Shown here: positions 25,324-35,459 of the stretch, in pieces
Numbering within the stretch: position 1 is the first letter of the stretch
Layout: every line of letters begins with the position of its first letter
NCBI GenBank assembly: GCA_002305125.1
Contig: DBQG01000050.1
Span: forward strand, 1 to 43,010
Length of the DNA stretch: 43,010 nucleotides
Source: Patescibacteria group bacterium UBA1400
GTDB lineage: Bacteria; Patescibacteriota; Microgenomatia; UBA1400
Reading direction: 5' to 3'
Made by a program: the position numbers and the translations under genes
The notes under the pieces: generated by a model
Database searches by the model: none
Told to the model about the DNA's origin: nothing
What the model saw: the letters and a program-made list of their open reading frames with translations, nothing else

Positions 25324-28173
25324 AAAATCTGAAGTTTCAATCTCTTGAGCGGTTTGCTTAATGCTGGTACGAATATTTTTTATATCTCTGGCCGTCCTTT
25401 GGGTAGAAACTTTTTCCTGGCTTTCTAAAAAATAAAAAGACAGAATAATATCCTCCGGCTTTTTGGCAAAAGTACCCACATCAGAAGCTGCCAAGGCATA
25501 AACTGACATCTGCTCATCTTTATCAACTTCTTTTTGGGTTTTTAATTTACCGGTTTTATAGTCAATAATTTCAATTTTTCCACCCACCCTGTCAACCCTG
25601 TCAAAACGCCCTCCTATTTTTAAATCTGCAGAAAGCTTTACGACAAAAGGCTGTTCCAGAACCAAAGGCTTATCGTGCCTACTATAACCATGCTGATAAA
25701 ACGATCTAAGCATGTCCTCGGCTTTTAAAAACATTCTTTGTTCCTGAGCTTTAGAAGCATAACCCTCTTTATGCCAAAGTTTTTTCAAACTGTCGGTTAA
25801 ATCTTTTTCTCCAACTTTTTCTCCTGTTAAAATTAACTGATAAAAGTCCTTTAACGACTGATGAATAGAAGTGCCAAAAGAGGCCTGAAAAGCATGAGGT
25901 ACGGGAATTTTTATAATATAGCTGTACTTATACTGCAAAGGACAACGGTTAAAAGTCTGCAGCTGGGAATAAGATAAATAATTAACTTTTACTTTAGCCG
26001 GAGAAAGACGGGCAAAAGGGACGGTGGTTAAATCAGGCTTAAAATCAAACATAGAAAGCTGATTTTTTTTAACTTCCACAGTCTGCTCGGCAACCTTTTC
26101 ACCTAAAGCTTCAGTAATAAAAGGAGAAAGTTTTTTCATTCTTTTTCCCTCACCATAAAATTTTGCAGCGGTAAAATAAAGCTTTTCTTTAGCCCTTGTC
26201 ATTGCTACATAAAAAAGCCGTCTCTCTTCCTGCAAATGAGGATCTCCTTCCGGCAAAGTTTCTTTAACTAACTCATCAGTAATGGGAATCTGTTCACCTC
26301 TTCTTTGACTAGGAAATCTTTGGGAAACCAAGTTAATCAAAAAAACAACCGGAAACTCAAGCCCCTTACTGCTATGAACGGTTAAAATATTAACTTTATT
26401 TTCTTCTGTCCAGTCAATATCAGAAGCTAAAGGCGATTCTCCCATCTCCAGTTTAAGATTGAGCCAGTCAACTACTGATTCGACCGACGCTTCTTCATTT
26501 TCTATTTCGTAAGTTTTTAGTTTATCAAAAAATTTAGCAATATTATTAACCCGGTCCTCTTGGTCTTTACTATTAACTTCGGCAAGCTGTGGCAATATTC
26601 CCGTATCTTCAAGAAAAAAGTAAAGAACCTGACCAGCACTTTGTTTGGACGCAAGTTCTAAATGGCGATAAACCATAGTTATAATATTTTTAATTCTGGT
26701 TTTACTGTCTTCACTTACTAAAAGAGCTTCAACTTGTTCTGCTGCCTCAAATAAGGAAATATTTTGTTTCTTGGCAAAGTTACGCAAAGCAACAATATCC
26801 CGGGCGGAAAGTTTGAAAATAGGCAAAGATAAAACCCTAAAAAAAGCAACACTGTCTTCAAAATTATAAAGAAGCCTAAGGTAAGCAATTAGGTCCAGTA
26901 CTTCCTCTTGCCTAAAAAGCCTGCCCGGACCTAAAAACTGAAAAGGAATTCCAGAACGTAAAAAGGTGGCAATAAAACCATCGGCATGATTATTAGCTCG
27001 CACCAAAACAGCTATATCTTTTAATTTATATCCTGAAGAAGTAAGTTTTTTAATTTCCTCTGACACCATCTCTGCCTCATCATCAACCCTGTTAGCTACA
27101 AACAGCTTAATTTTTTCACCCTTTCCCTGGTTGGCAGCTACAAGTTTTTTAGAAATATTTTCTTTAACCTCAAGTCTATCAGGATTATTGTGCTGAATTA
27201 AATCATAAGATCTGTTTAAAATTTCCTGGGTAGAACGATAGTTTTTTGTCAAAGTAACTATTTTTACTTGAGGATAGGTTTTTTTAAAATTCAACACATT
27301 GGAAACAGCTGCCCCTCTCCACTTATAAATACTCTGATCATCATCAGCCACAACTGTTAAATTGGCACACTTTCCTGCCAATAAGTTGACCAACTCGTTT
27401 TGGGCAATATTAGTATCCTGAAACTCATCAACCAGAATATATTTAAACCTTTGCTGATAGTTGGCTAAAATATTTTTTCTTAACTTAAAAAGGAATAGGG
27501 TTTTGGAGATAAGATCGGCAAAATCCATTACTCCGTTTTCTATCTTTAATTGATCATATTTTTTAAAAGCTTTAGCAAGTTCTAAGGTTTTTTCCAGATC
27601 TGATTGCAAAGCCTCATCAACATTTTTCTTATTTAAATCTATTTGTTTTTTGGCATAAACCAAATACTCATCAGGATTAATTGCCTCATCCTGCAGGCGG
27701 GAAAAATGGGTCAACAAGCCTAATAAAAACTTATGGGGGTTAGTAACCGGACGAAAATAATTAAGTTCTAGCTCAAATAAATGCTTTTTTAAAAACATCA
27801 GGGTCTCTGCCTGGGTCATCAAATTAAAATAAGGGTCAAGGCCGATATGCAAAGCTTCATCCCGCAATACCTTGTCCCCAAAAGCATGAAAGGTAGAGAT
27901 CCACATCTGGAAAAAACCAAAAGGAACAATTTTATCTACCCTTTCTTCCATTTCCTGAGCTGCTTTTTCCGTAAAAGTTAAGGCCAGAATTTCAGCCGGC
28001 TTAGCTTGGCCGGAAGAAATTAAATGCTTTATCCGCTCAGTTACAACTGTTGTCTTGCCCGTACCGGCACCGGCGATAATAAGCAAAGGACCCTTACCAT
28101 GTTTGATCGCTTCTACTTGCTGTTTGTTTAAAGTTTTCTTCACTCTTTTATTATACTGTATTTTTATTCCCAA
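25258..28173 (-). CDS. UvrD/AddA-like SF1 helicase fused to a Cas4/AddB-type Fe-S PD-(D/E)XK nuclease
   Basis: 971-aa ORF. Helicase motifs are 'AGAGTGKTTV', 'ILVDEFQDTN', 'YKWRGA', 'TVHSSKGLEF' and 'ERRLFYVAMTRAK'. The C-terminal nuclease has 'GRFDRVD...IEIIDYKTGK'. The Cys pattern is 'RCPLQY' ... 'CDFCPFKLLC' (C-Xn-C-X2-C-X5-C). Confidence 0.85.
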   Translation of the reverse strand: MGIKIQYNKRVKKTLNKQQVEAIKHGKGPLLIIAGAGTGKTTVVTERIKHLISSGQAKPAEILALTFTEKAAQEMEERVDKIVPFGFFQMWISTFHAFGDKVLRDEALHIGLDPYFNLMTQAETLMFLKKHLFELELNYFRPVTNPHKFLLGLLTHFSRLQDEAINPDEYLVYAKKQIDLNKKNVDEALQSDLEKTLELAKAFKKYDQLKIENGVMDFADLISKTLFLFKLRKNILANYQQRFKYILVDEFQDTNIAQNELVNLLAGKCANLTVVADDDQSIYKWRGAAVSNVLNFKKTYPQVKIVTLTKNYRSTQEILNRSYDLIQHNNPDRLEVKENISKKLVAANQGKGEKIKLFVANRVDDEAEMVSEEIKKLTSSGYKLKDIAVLVRANNHADGFIATFLRSGIPFQFLGPGRLFRQEEVLDLIAYLRLLYNFEDSVAFFRVLSLPIFKLSARDIVALRNFAKKQNISLFEAAEQVEALLVSEDSKTRIKNIITMVYRHLELASKQSAGQVLYFFLEDTGILPQLAEVNSKDQEDRVNNIAKFFDKLKTYEIENEEASVESVVDWLNLKLEMGESPLASDIDWTEENKVNILTVHSSKGLEFPVVFLINLVSQRFPSQRRGEQIPITDELVKETLPEGDPHLQEERRLFYVAMTRAKEKLYFTAAKFYGEGKRMKKLSPFITEALGEKVAEQTVEVKKNQLSMFDFKPDLTTVPFARLSPAKVKVNYLSYSQLQTFNRCPLQYKYSYIIKIPVPHAFQASFGTSIHQSLKDFYQLILTGEKVGEKDLTDSLKKLWHKEGYASKAQEQRMFLKAEDMLRSFYQHGYSRHDKPLVLEQPFVVKLSADLKIGGRFDRVDRVGGKIEIIDYKTGKLKTQKEVDKDEQMSVYALAASDVGTFAKKPEDIILSFYFLESQEKVSTQRTARDIKNIRTSIKQTAQEIETSDFLPSPGLYCDFCPFKLLCPAWQ

Positions 28174-28261
28174 GCAGGCTTAAATACCGATCACCGCTAT
28201 CAGGAAAAATTTCTGACTGTAATCGGCAGAAAAATTAGCTTAATTCAAAAAGGTAAAATTA

Positions 28262-29329
28262 TTAATCGCTGGGTTCTGACTTTAGTTTCTTAATCTCTTC
28301 ACTGGTTTCTGAAAGAGCCTGAGTAGAAGAAAGTTTTTGCCCCAAGAGGGAAAAATTTTGCATTACATTGGCAAACTGATTATAGGCATTATTTAGATGC
28401 TTACCCAGAACCTGAATAACTGTTTCTGTTTTTTCATAATCTTTTTGAATCGCCCTTAGCATTCTGAATACCTGCCTGGATCTAACCTCAATCTTCTGTC
28501 CTTCAAAAGAAAGTAAAACTGTCTGTAAATGAACATATAAAGTATTGGGAGAAACCGGATAAATCCGATATTTTCTGGCAAAATCAAGCAGAACAGTATT
28601 ATTAGCTACTTCATAAAAAACCGTTTCCGAGGGTAAATACATAAAGGCAAAGTCTAAAGTTCCTTCCTCGGGAACAATATATTTTTTAGCAATATCCGTG
28701 ATGTGTTTTTTAACATCGTTAACAAATACTTTTTGAGCCTTTTTTCTTTCTCCCTTATCATCAGATGTTGTCATCTTCCGAAAATTTTCCATGGGAAATT
28801 TAGAGTCAATAGGGATAATACCGGCTGAAGTTTTTATAGCTGCATCTACTTTTTCTCCTGACTTAAAACAATGCTGCAAAAAAAAGCTTCCTTTAGGAAA
28901 AGACTGCGAAATTAAATCCTTTAAAACCTGCTCACCAATATTGCCCCTTAACTTAGGTGATTGTAAAAATACCTGTAAATCCCTCATGCTCTGACCCAAC
29001 TCGCTCATCTGACCTACTTCTTTAGAAACCTGAGAGATAAACTTAGCGGCATTATCAAGCCTTTGGTTCATAGACTTGGTTGATTCATGAAGAGTATCGG
29101 CAATATTTTTATTGGTCGTATTTAAAACCTGCTGCAGGTTTTGAGACTGATTCTGAAGTCCTTTTTGTAAGTTGCTGGTTCCCTGTTGAAGAGTTTCTAT
29201 TACCTTTAACAGGTTTTCATCCGTTTTGTTTGCCTGCTCTAACTGCTTAATTTTTGTACTTAAATACCAGGCCAAAACACTAAATCCACCAACCAATAAA
29301 GCAGCTAATAAGTAGATTTCATTTGCCAT
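28262..29329 (-). CDS. rmuC: DNA recombination protein RmuC
   Basis: 355-aa ORF with an N-terminal TM and a long coiled coil. The C-terminal RmuC region has 'IPIDSKFPMENF', 'FAFMYLPSETVFYE' and 'YRIYPVSPNTLY'. Confidence 0.75.
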   Translation of the reverse strand: MANEIYLLAALLVGGFSVLAWYLSTKIKQLEQANKTDENLLKVIETLQQGTSNLQKGLQNQSQNLQQVLNTTNKNIADTLHESTKSMNQRLDNAAKFISQVSKEVGQMSELGQSMRDLQVFLQSPKLRGNIGEQVLKDLISQSFPKGSFFLQHCFKSGEKVDAAIKTSAGIIPIDSKFPMENFRKMTTSDDKGERKKAQKVFVNDVKKHITDIAKKYIVPEEGTLDFAFMYLPSETVFYEVANNTVLLDFARKYRIYPVSPNTLYVHLQTVLLSFEGQKIEVRSRQVFRMLRAIQKDYEKTETVIQVLGKHLNNAYNQFANVMQNFSLLGQKLSSTQALSETSEEIKKLKSEPSD

Positions 29330-29354
29330 GTTTTTTATTATACTATAAATATAA

Positions 29355-29687
29355 ATGGCTAGAAGAAAACAAAATTATTTACCCACGCTTTTTTTGATTT
29401 TAATTTTATGGTCTCTTTTTATCTTCATGGTTTTTTTCCTTCAACCTAAGGTTATCCAAAATTTTTTAATTCCTAATTTTTACCTGCCTTTTTTCTTGCT
29501 CCTGTTTTTATGCTTGTTTTTCACCTTTGCCATTCTTTTTGCCAGTTCCCGGCGTGGTTTTCTAGGAGCTTTGGGCATCATCCTTTTTTTAATTTTAAGA
29601 ATTTTTGATTTGGGCAATATGTTAAATGCGATTTTAATAACGGGTTTTATTTTTAGCCTTGAATACTACTTTACAAGAGAAAAGTAG
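29355..29687 (+). CDS. Small polytopic membrane protein, unknown function
   Basis: 110-aa ORF with three hydrophobic helices and a basic N-terminus. Confidence 0.4.
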   Translation: MARRKQNYLPTLFLILILWSLFIFMVFFLQPKVIQNFLIPNFYLPFFLLLFLCLFFTFAILFASSRRGFLGALGIILFLILRIFDLGNMLNAILITGFIFSLEYYFTREK

Positions 29688-29741
29688 TATGTTAAAACTA
29701 GTTTAATTATTTAAATTATTCTGTCCAAAGAGGGAAAGACT

Positions 29742-30113
29742 ATGCAACTTTCTAAAGCCAAACTCAATAAAAATGAAGAAAAGAAAATGTATGATATTTT
29801 TTATCAGACCTTTGCTGATTTAGGTAATAAAAAAGAAGCCAGTATTTTTTTAGATGATTTTTTATCACCGATGGAAAAGATTAAACTAGCCAAAAGATTA
29901 ATGATTGCTCTTTATCTAGAACAAGGAAAGTCATATGACTTTATTAAGCAAACAATTAAAGTTTCCAGCGCCACTATCGCCAGTGTTGATAAAATGATGG
30001 GCAAAGAAGGAAAAGGTTTTTTACTGGCTTTAAAAAAAATTGAAGCTGACCGCTGGGCTGAACAAACTGCTAAAAAAATAGACAAGTTTGTTAAAAATGT
30101 AATTGGTAAATAA
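29742..30113 (+). CDS. TrpR-related YerC/YecD-family DNA-binding protein
   Basis: 123-aa ORF. 'FLDDFLSPMEKIKLAKRLMIALYLEQGKSYDFIKQTIKVSSATIASV' is an HTH of the TrpR/YerC type. Its stop overlaps the metG ATG (TAATG). Confidence 0.55.
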   Translation: MQLSKAKLNKNEEKKMYDIFYQTFADLGNKKEASIFLDDFLSPMEKIKLAKRLMIALYLEQGKSYDFIKQTIKVSSATIASVDKMMGKEGKGFLLALKKIEADRWAEQTAKKIDKFVKNVIGK

Positions 30114-31639
30114 TGAAGAAAAATTTTTATATTACTACCACTCTTCCCTATGTTAATGCCGACCCTCATATTGGCTTTGCTCTAGAAATAATTCAGGCAG
30201 ACTGTCTGGCCCGCTTTAACCGTCAGCAAGGTAATCAGGTTTTTTTTAATACCGGCACCGATGAACACGGCTTAAAAATATATCTTGAAGCAAAAAAGAA
30301 AAAACAGGATCCTCAAAAATATGTTGATGATTATGCCAGCAGGTTTAACAAACTTAAAAAAGCTTTAAACTTAAGCTATAACAGTTTTTTAAGAACAACC
30401 AATCCTGATCATAAAAAAGCCGCCCAGAAGTTTTGGCTTAAATGCTTAAAAAATGGTGACATTTACAAAGCTAAGCAAAAAATTAAATATTGCATTGGCT
30501 GTGAAATGGAAAAAACAGACTCTGAACTGGTTGAGGGAAAGTGTCCTATTCATCCCACTAAAAAAATCACCGTCATTGAAGAAGAAAATTATTTTTTCAA
30601 GTTTTCTAACTACCAAAAAGCTTTATTAAGTCTTTACCAAAAAGAAAAAAAGTTTGTTGTTCCCCAAAATAGGCTTAAGGAAATAACTAACTTTGTAAGT
30701 AAAGGCCTTAAAGATTTTAGCATCTCCAGATTAAAACAAAAAATGCCCTGGGGAATACAAGTCCCCAATGATAAAAACCATGTTATGTATGTCTGGTTTG
30801 ATGCTTTAATAAACTACATTTCTGCTATTGGCTGGCCGGAATATAAAAAGAAATTTTCTTCCTGGTGGCCAGTAGTACAACTGGCGGGAAAAGACAATTT
30901 AAGACAACAATCTGCCATTTGGCAAGCCATGCTTATGTCAGCAGGCTTAAAACCTTCAAAACAAATTTTAATTCATGGGTTTATTACCTCAAACGGACAA
31001 AAGATGAGTAAAAGCTTAGGTAACGTTGTTAATCCGTTTGAAATTACTAAAAATTTTGGTACAGATAGTTTAAGATATTATCTTTTAAAAGAAGTTCCTC
31101 CATTTAGGGATGGTGATTTTACTCTCAAACATTTTCAAGAAGTTTACAACGCTGATCTTGCCAATGGCCTGGGCAATCTTGTTTCCAGAACTTTAACAAT
31201 GGTAGATAAGTATTGTCAGGGCAAAGTTCCCCAAGAACCCAAAAATGTACATAAATTGGAATTGCAAAAAAAATGGGAGCTTAAAGTCTGGAGAAAATAT
31301 GACAGGCTTTTAAACAGCTACAAGTTTAATGAGGTTTTATCATTGATTTGGCAGTTTATCAGTGCTGCCAATAAATATATAGACGAGCAGAAACCTTGGC
31401 AGCTGGACAAAGAAGGCAGGCAAAAAAAGTTAACTTTTGTTCTTTGGGATCTTTTGGAAAGCTTAAATCAGCTAAGTTTTATGCTTTATCCTTTTTTACC
31501 GCAAACATCAAAAGAAATTAGACAAAGGCTGACAGGTAAAAAACCAGATGAAAAAAACTTTCAGTTCCAAAACAGCTATATCCACCTTAAAAAAGGCACA
31601 AAAATTAATATAGGAAAGCCTCTTTTCCCCAGGTTTTAA
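30113..31639 (+). CDS. metG: Methionyl-tRNA synthetase (short form, no C-terminal tRNA-binding appendix)
   Basis: 508-aa ORF. It has 'TTLPYVNADPHIGFA' (HIGH), 'KMSKSLGN' (KMSKS), and the knuckle 'CIGCEMEK...GKCPIH'. Confidence 0.9.
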   Translation: MKKNFYITTTLPYVNADPHIGFALEIIQADCLARFNRQQGNQVFFNTGTDEHGLKIYLEAKKKKQDPQKYVDDYASRFNKLKKALNLSYNSFLRTTNPDHKKAAQKFWLKCLKNGDIYKAKQKIKYCIGCEMEKTDSELVEGKCPIHPTKKITVIEEENYFFKFSNYQKALLSLYQKEKKFVVPQNRLKEITNFVSKGLKDFSISRLKQKMPWGIQVPNDKNHVMYVWFDALINYISAIGWPEYKKKFSSWWPVVQLAGKDNLRQQSAIWQAMLMSAGLKPSKQILIHGFITSNGQKMSKSLGNVVNPFEITKNFGTDSLRYYLLKEVPPFRDGDFTLKHFQEVYNADLANGLGNLVSRTLTMVDKYCQGKVPQEPKNVHKLELQKKWELKVWRKYDRLLNSYKFNEVLSLIWQFISAANKYIDEQKPWQLDKEGRQKKLTFVLWDLLESLNQLSFMLYPFLPQTSKEIRQRLTGKKPDEKNFQFQNSYIHLKKGTKINIGKPLFPRF

Positions 31640-31660
31640 AATCTCTATAATAAATAAGTT

Positions 31661-32452
31661 ATGCTTTGTGATAGCCACTGCCATCTTTATTTTAAAGATT
31701 TACAAAATAATTTAGCTACTGTTTTAAAAAATGCGTACCTGACAGGAGTAAACCACTTTATTGTTCCGGGAGTGGATTTAAAGACCAACCAACAGGCCCT
31801 GATTTTAAGTAAAAAATATAAAAGCATCTCCTCCTCTTTGGGAATTCATCCTTTTGAAGCCGGTATAAGCAATCTACCCTTAACAGGTCAGCTTGGTCAG
31901 CTTGAAGGCTTAATCAAAAAAGAGATTAAACATATTACAGCCATAGGTGAATGCGGTCTTGATTTTACCAAAAAAGGGCAAACGCTATCCAAAAATGATC
32001 AAAACAAACTTTTTATTGGCCAAATTAGATTGGCCTTAAAATACAATCTTCCTTTAATTATTCATAAAAGAAAGGCAGATAAAGAAATTTTTACGGCTCT
32101 AAAACCATTTAAAGGAAGAGTTAAAGGTGTCTTTCATAGTTTTGCCGAAGACAGCCTTTTTGTTAACAAGGCATTGGAGTTTGGCTTTTTACTGGGAATT
32201 AATGGCCTTTTGACCTATAATCCTGATTTAGAAAAAACAGTCACAAAAATTCCTTTAAACCATTTGCTTTTAGAAACTGATGCTCCATTTTTAACTCCCC
32301 AACCCCTAAAAGAAAAAAGAAAATGGCCAAATGAACCAAAAAATGTTAAAATTGTAGCCTTGAAACTGGCTAGGGTTAAAAAGATTTCTTTTAAGAAAAT
32401 TTCTCAGATTACCGTTAAAAATACAGCCAGTTTATTTAATATTAAAATTTGA
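31661..32452 (+). CDS. tatD: TatD-family metal-dependent hydrolase/DNase
   Basis: 263-aa ORF with 'CDSHCHL', 'GECGLDF', 'LIIHKRKA', 'GVFHSF' and 'LLETDAPFL'. Confidence 0.85.
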   Translation: MLCDSHCHLYFKDLQNNLATVLKNAYLTGVNHFIVPGVDLKTNQQALILSKKYKSISSSLGIHPFEAGISNLPLTGQLGQLEGLIKKEIKHITAIGECGLDFTKKGQTLSKNDQNKLFIGQIRLALKYNLPLIIHKRKADKEIFTALKPFKGRVKGVFHSFAEDSLFVNKALEFGFLLGINGLLTYNPDLEKTVTKIPLNHLLLETDAPFLTPQPLKEKRKWPNEPKNVKIVALKLARVKKISFKKISQITVKNTASLFNIKI

Positions 32453-32453
32453 T

Positions 32454-33947
32454 TTGATTATGATAAAAGCATTTGTGGAAAAACATGAATACAAAGTCCA
32501 AAGATGGTTGGAAATTCTACCTGGACTTTTTTCCTGGTCTTTAATTCTGTTTCCGATTTGGGGCTCTTTTATTGTGCCTCTGGCTGTAGCTTATTATATT
32601 ATTGCCTTTGATGTTTATTGGTTTTACCGCGCTATTTCTATTTCTATTTTAGGCCTAATTTCCTATTTTAAACTAAAGGCTGCGGAAAAATATGACTGGT
32701 TAAAAGATGTTAAAGGCTTTGGAGACTGGCAAAAAATTCATCACATTATTGTCATTCCCACTTATCAAGAACCTGTTTATATTTTAAAACGCTCTTTAGA
32801 TGCCTTAAAAAAACAATCTTTCCCTAAAAAAAATATTACTGTAGTTCTTGGTTTTGAGAAAAGAGAGGGTGAAGAAGCAATAAAAAAAGCAACAATTTTA
32901 AAAAAAGAGTTTAAAAATACATTTGCCAACCTGATGGCCACTTTTCATCCCGATGTGCCGGGAGAAGTCAAAGGAAAATCATCTAACACGGCCTGGGCAG
33001 CTAAACAAGCTAAAAAAGAACTTGTTGATAAGCAAAAAATGAACATAAATTATGTTTTAATCTCTTCGGCCGATGCTGATGCTTGTTTACATGAAGAGTA
33101 CTTGGCCTGTCTAACCTATAAGTTTTTAGACAATCCCAAACGCTATAATCTTATCTTCCAACCGGCCATTATGTACTATAATAATATTTGGCGCGTTCCT
33201 GCTCCTATCAGGGTTTTTTCTACTACCAACAACCTTGTTCAGCTTGGCCTTTTAAGCAGAAGAGACAGGTTAATCAATTTTTCCACTTATTCCACTAGCT
33301 TAAAAATGGTAGATAAAATTGGCTACTGGGATGTTGATGTTATTCCCGAAGATTATCGTCTTTTTTTCAAAGCCTTTTTTGCTCTTAAGGGCAAGCTGGA
33401 AGTAGAGCCAATCTTTTTACCCGTTTATGCTGATGCCGCCCTATCCACTTCTTTTTGGAAAACTATGAAAAACCAGTACGAACAGGTTAAACGCTGGGCC
33501 TGGGGAGTTTCTGACGATGCTTATATCATAAAAAACTGGCTAACTGTTCCAGGTTTGCCTTTCTGGGAAAAAACCATAAGAGTTTTAAAAACCGTGGAAG
33601 ATCATTTTTTATGGCCGGTTAACTGGTTTGCTATCACTTTGGGAGCAGCTCTGCCGCCGCTTTTAAATGAGGATTTTGCCCGCTCTATAATCGGTAAACG
33701 GCTTCCTCAAACAGCCTCATTAATTCTTACCCTGTCTTTAATTGCCTTAATTACCGCGCTTTATATCGACTTTAAACAGCGTCCTAAAATGAATTCAATT
33801 CCTTTTTGGCGCAAATTACTTATACCTTTTGAATTTTTACTTTTACCGGTAGTTGGTTTCTTTTTTACAGCCCTGCCTGGACTTGATGCTCATACCAGAT
33901 TAATGTTAGGTAAGTATATTGAATATAAAGTTACGGAAAAAGTGTAA
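32454..33947 (+). CDS. Membrane-embedded GT2-family glycosyltransferase
   Basis: 497-aa ORF with N-terminal TMs. The GT-A core reads 'IIVIPTYQEPVYILKRSLDALKKQSFP' and 'ISSADADA'. C-terminal TMs follow. The TTG start at 32454 is uncertain and ATG at 32460 is an alternative. Confidence 0.6.
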   Translation: MIMIKAFVEKHEYKVQRWLEILPGLFSWSLILFPIWGSFIVPLAVAYYIIAFDVYWFYRAISISILGLISYFKLKAAEKYDWLKDVKGFGDWQKIHHIIVIPTYQEPVYILKRSLDALKKQSFPKKNITVVLGFEKREGEEAIKKATILKKEFKNTFANLMATFHPDVPGEVKGKSSNTAWAAKQAKKELVDKQKMNINYVLISSADADACLHEEYLACLTYKFLDNPKRYNLIFQPAIMYYNNIWRVPAPIRVFSTTNNLVQLGLLSRRDRLINFSTYSTSLKMVDKIGYWDVDVIPEDYRLFFKAFFALKGKLEVEPIFLPVYADAALSTSFWKTMKNQYEQVKRWAWGVSDDAYIIKNWLTVPGLPFWEKTIRVLKTVEDHFLWPVNWFAITLGAALPPLLNEDFARSIIGKRLPQTASLILTLSLIALITALYIDFKQRPKMNSIPFWRKLLIPFEFLLLPVVGFFFTALPGLDAHTRLMLGKYIEYKVTEKV

Positions 33948-33975
33948 AATTTTTGTTACTTAGCTATAATGAGTT

Positions 33976-35439
33976 ATGAAACGAAAAAAAATTAAATTAA
34001 ACCTTAAAGTTATTATTTTTATTATCATTATTTTTAACATCTTTGCCAGAATCCCGGCTTTATTTGAACCCATCTGGTATGGAGACGAATGTATTTATTT
34101 AACTTTAGGCCAAGGCTTAAATAAAGGTCTTAACTTTTATAAAGATATTCATGATAATAAACCTCCCCTGTTATATCTTATCGCCGGACTGGCGCAGGCA
34201 AGACTTTTTTGGCTTAGATTGATTACCTTGGCCTGGAATACTTTCAATATTTTTCTAATTTTCAAGATTGCCAAAAAACTACTAGCTAAAGATTGGTTAG
34301 TTATTTTAACTACTCTCATTTTTACTCTTTTCTCTCTTTTACCCGAAGGCCGCATTGCTAACGGTGAAGTATTTATGATCATGCCCGCTACGTTAGGTCT
34401 TCTTTTTGCCTTAAAAGCTAAGAATGAAAAAAATCATTTTCTTTGGTTCTTATCAGGTATTGGATTTGCTACCGGTTTTTTATTTAAAATACCTATTGCT
34501 TTTGATTTTGCAGGCTTGCTATTTGGCTTTTTTATCTTTACTAAAAAAACTATTAAAGATGTTTTTACTGTTTTAATAGATAAAAGATTATATCTTACTT
34601 TAGCAGGCTTTTTCCTACCCATAATTCTTTCCATTATTTATTATGCAAAGCTGGGGGCTTTTACGCCCTACGTAAGATCTGCCCTACTACAAAATATCGG
34701 ATATCTTTCTTCCTGGAGCGGCAGTAATACAGGGCTTTACCTTAGAGGTCTACTCGTTCTTACAGCCACCCTAGCTCTTTTCATCTTTAGAAAAAGACTA
34801 GGTTTTAACTTTTATACCCTAGCTTTAATGAGTTTTTGGGGCGCTTTTGGTGTCTTTTTATCAGAAAGACCTTATCCTCATTATCTGATTGAAATTGCTC
34901 CTTGGCTAGCTTTATTAACAGGGGTCGTTTTAAAAGAAAAAAAACTGCTCCAAATACTATTTGCCGTCTTTTTAGGCCTAAGTCTTTTTACCGGTTATAA
35001 ATATTATGATTTTTGGTGGTATGATAACCTACCTTACTATAAAAACTTTTTAAGATTTACTACGAGAAGAATAAGTAAAGAAGAATATTTCCGATTTTTT
35101 GCTGGGCAAAAAGTAATTGATGATTATGCTGTTAGTAAATATATTCAGGAGCATAGTAGTGAAAATGATAGGATTTTTGTCTGGGGTGAAGGATCTTGCA
35201 TTTATGCCCTTTCAAGACGTCTTCCTCCAGGAAGATATACTGCTACCTATCATATTTTTGACTTTAATGGCTTTGAAGAAACCCTGCAGGCAATGAGACA
35301 AACTTCTCCCCAGCTTATTATCAAGTTGGATTCGGAATCCAGACCTTTTCCTGGACTAAACAGTCTTATCTCCCAGTATTATGCCCAAAACAGCAAGGTT
35401 GGTGAGGCAGTCATTTATCACAAAGTGGTTAACTATTAA
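33976..35439 (+). CDS. GT-C fold glycosyltransferase (ArnT/PMT-like, GT39/GT83-like)
   Basis: 487-aa polytopic ORF. The first loop is 'WYGDECIYLTLGQGL...DNKPPLLYL', followed by a soluble C-terminal domain. Confidence 0.6.
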   Translation: MKRKKIKLNLKVIIFIIIIFNIFARIPALFEPIWYGDECIYLTLGQGLNKGLNFYKDIHDNKPPLLYLIAGLAQARLFWLRLITLAWNTFNIFLIFKIAKKLLAKDWLVILTTLIFTLFSLLPEGRIANGEVFMIMPATLGLLFALKAKNEKNHFLWFLSGIGFATGFLFKIPIAFDFAGLLFGFFIFTKKTIKDVFTVLIDKRLYLTLAGFFLPIILSIIYYAKLGAFTPYVRSALLQNIGYLSSWSGSNTGLYLRGLLVLTATLALFIFRKRLGFNFYTLALMSFWGAFGVFLSERPYPHYLIEIAPWLALLTGVVLKEKKLLQILFAVFLGLSLFTGYKYYDFWWYDNLPYYKNFLRFTTRRISKEEYFRFFAGQKVIDDYAVSKYIQEHSSENDRIFVWGEGSCIYALSRRLPPGRYTATYHIFDFNGFEETLQAMRQTSPQLIIKLDSESRPFPGLNSLISQYYAQNSKVGEAVIYHKVVNY

Positions 35440-35459
35440 AACAAATAATTTAAGGTAAA

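Noticed and set aside
28174-28261. Imperfect inverted repeats (CCGAT...ATCGG, TCAG...CTGA) between rmuC and the helicase-nuclease gene, as a possible terminator or operator.
   Set aside because: The stems are only 4-5 bp, are interrupted, and lack a following U-tract on the relevant strand. This is indistinguishable from chance.
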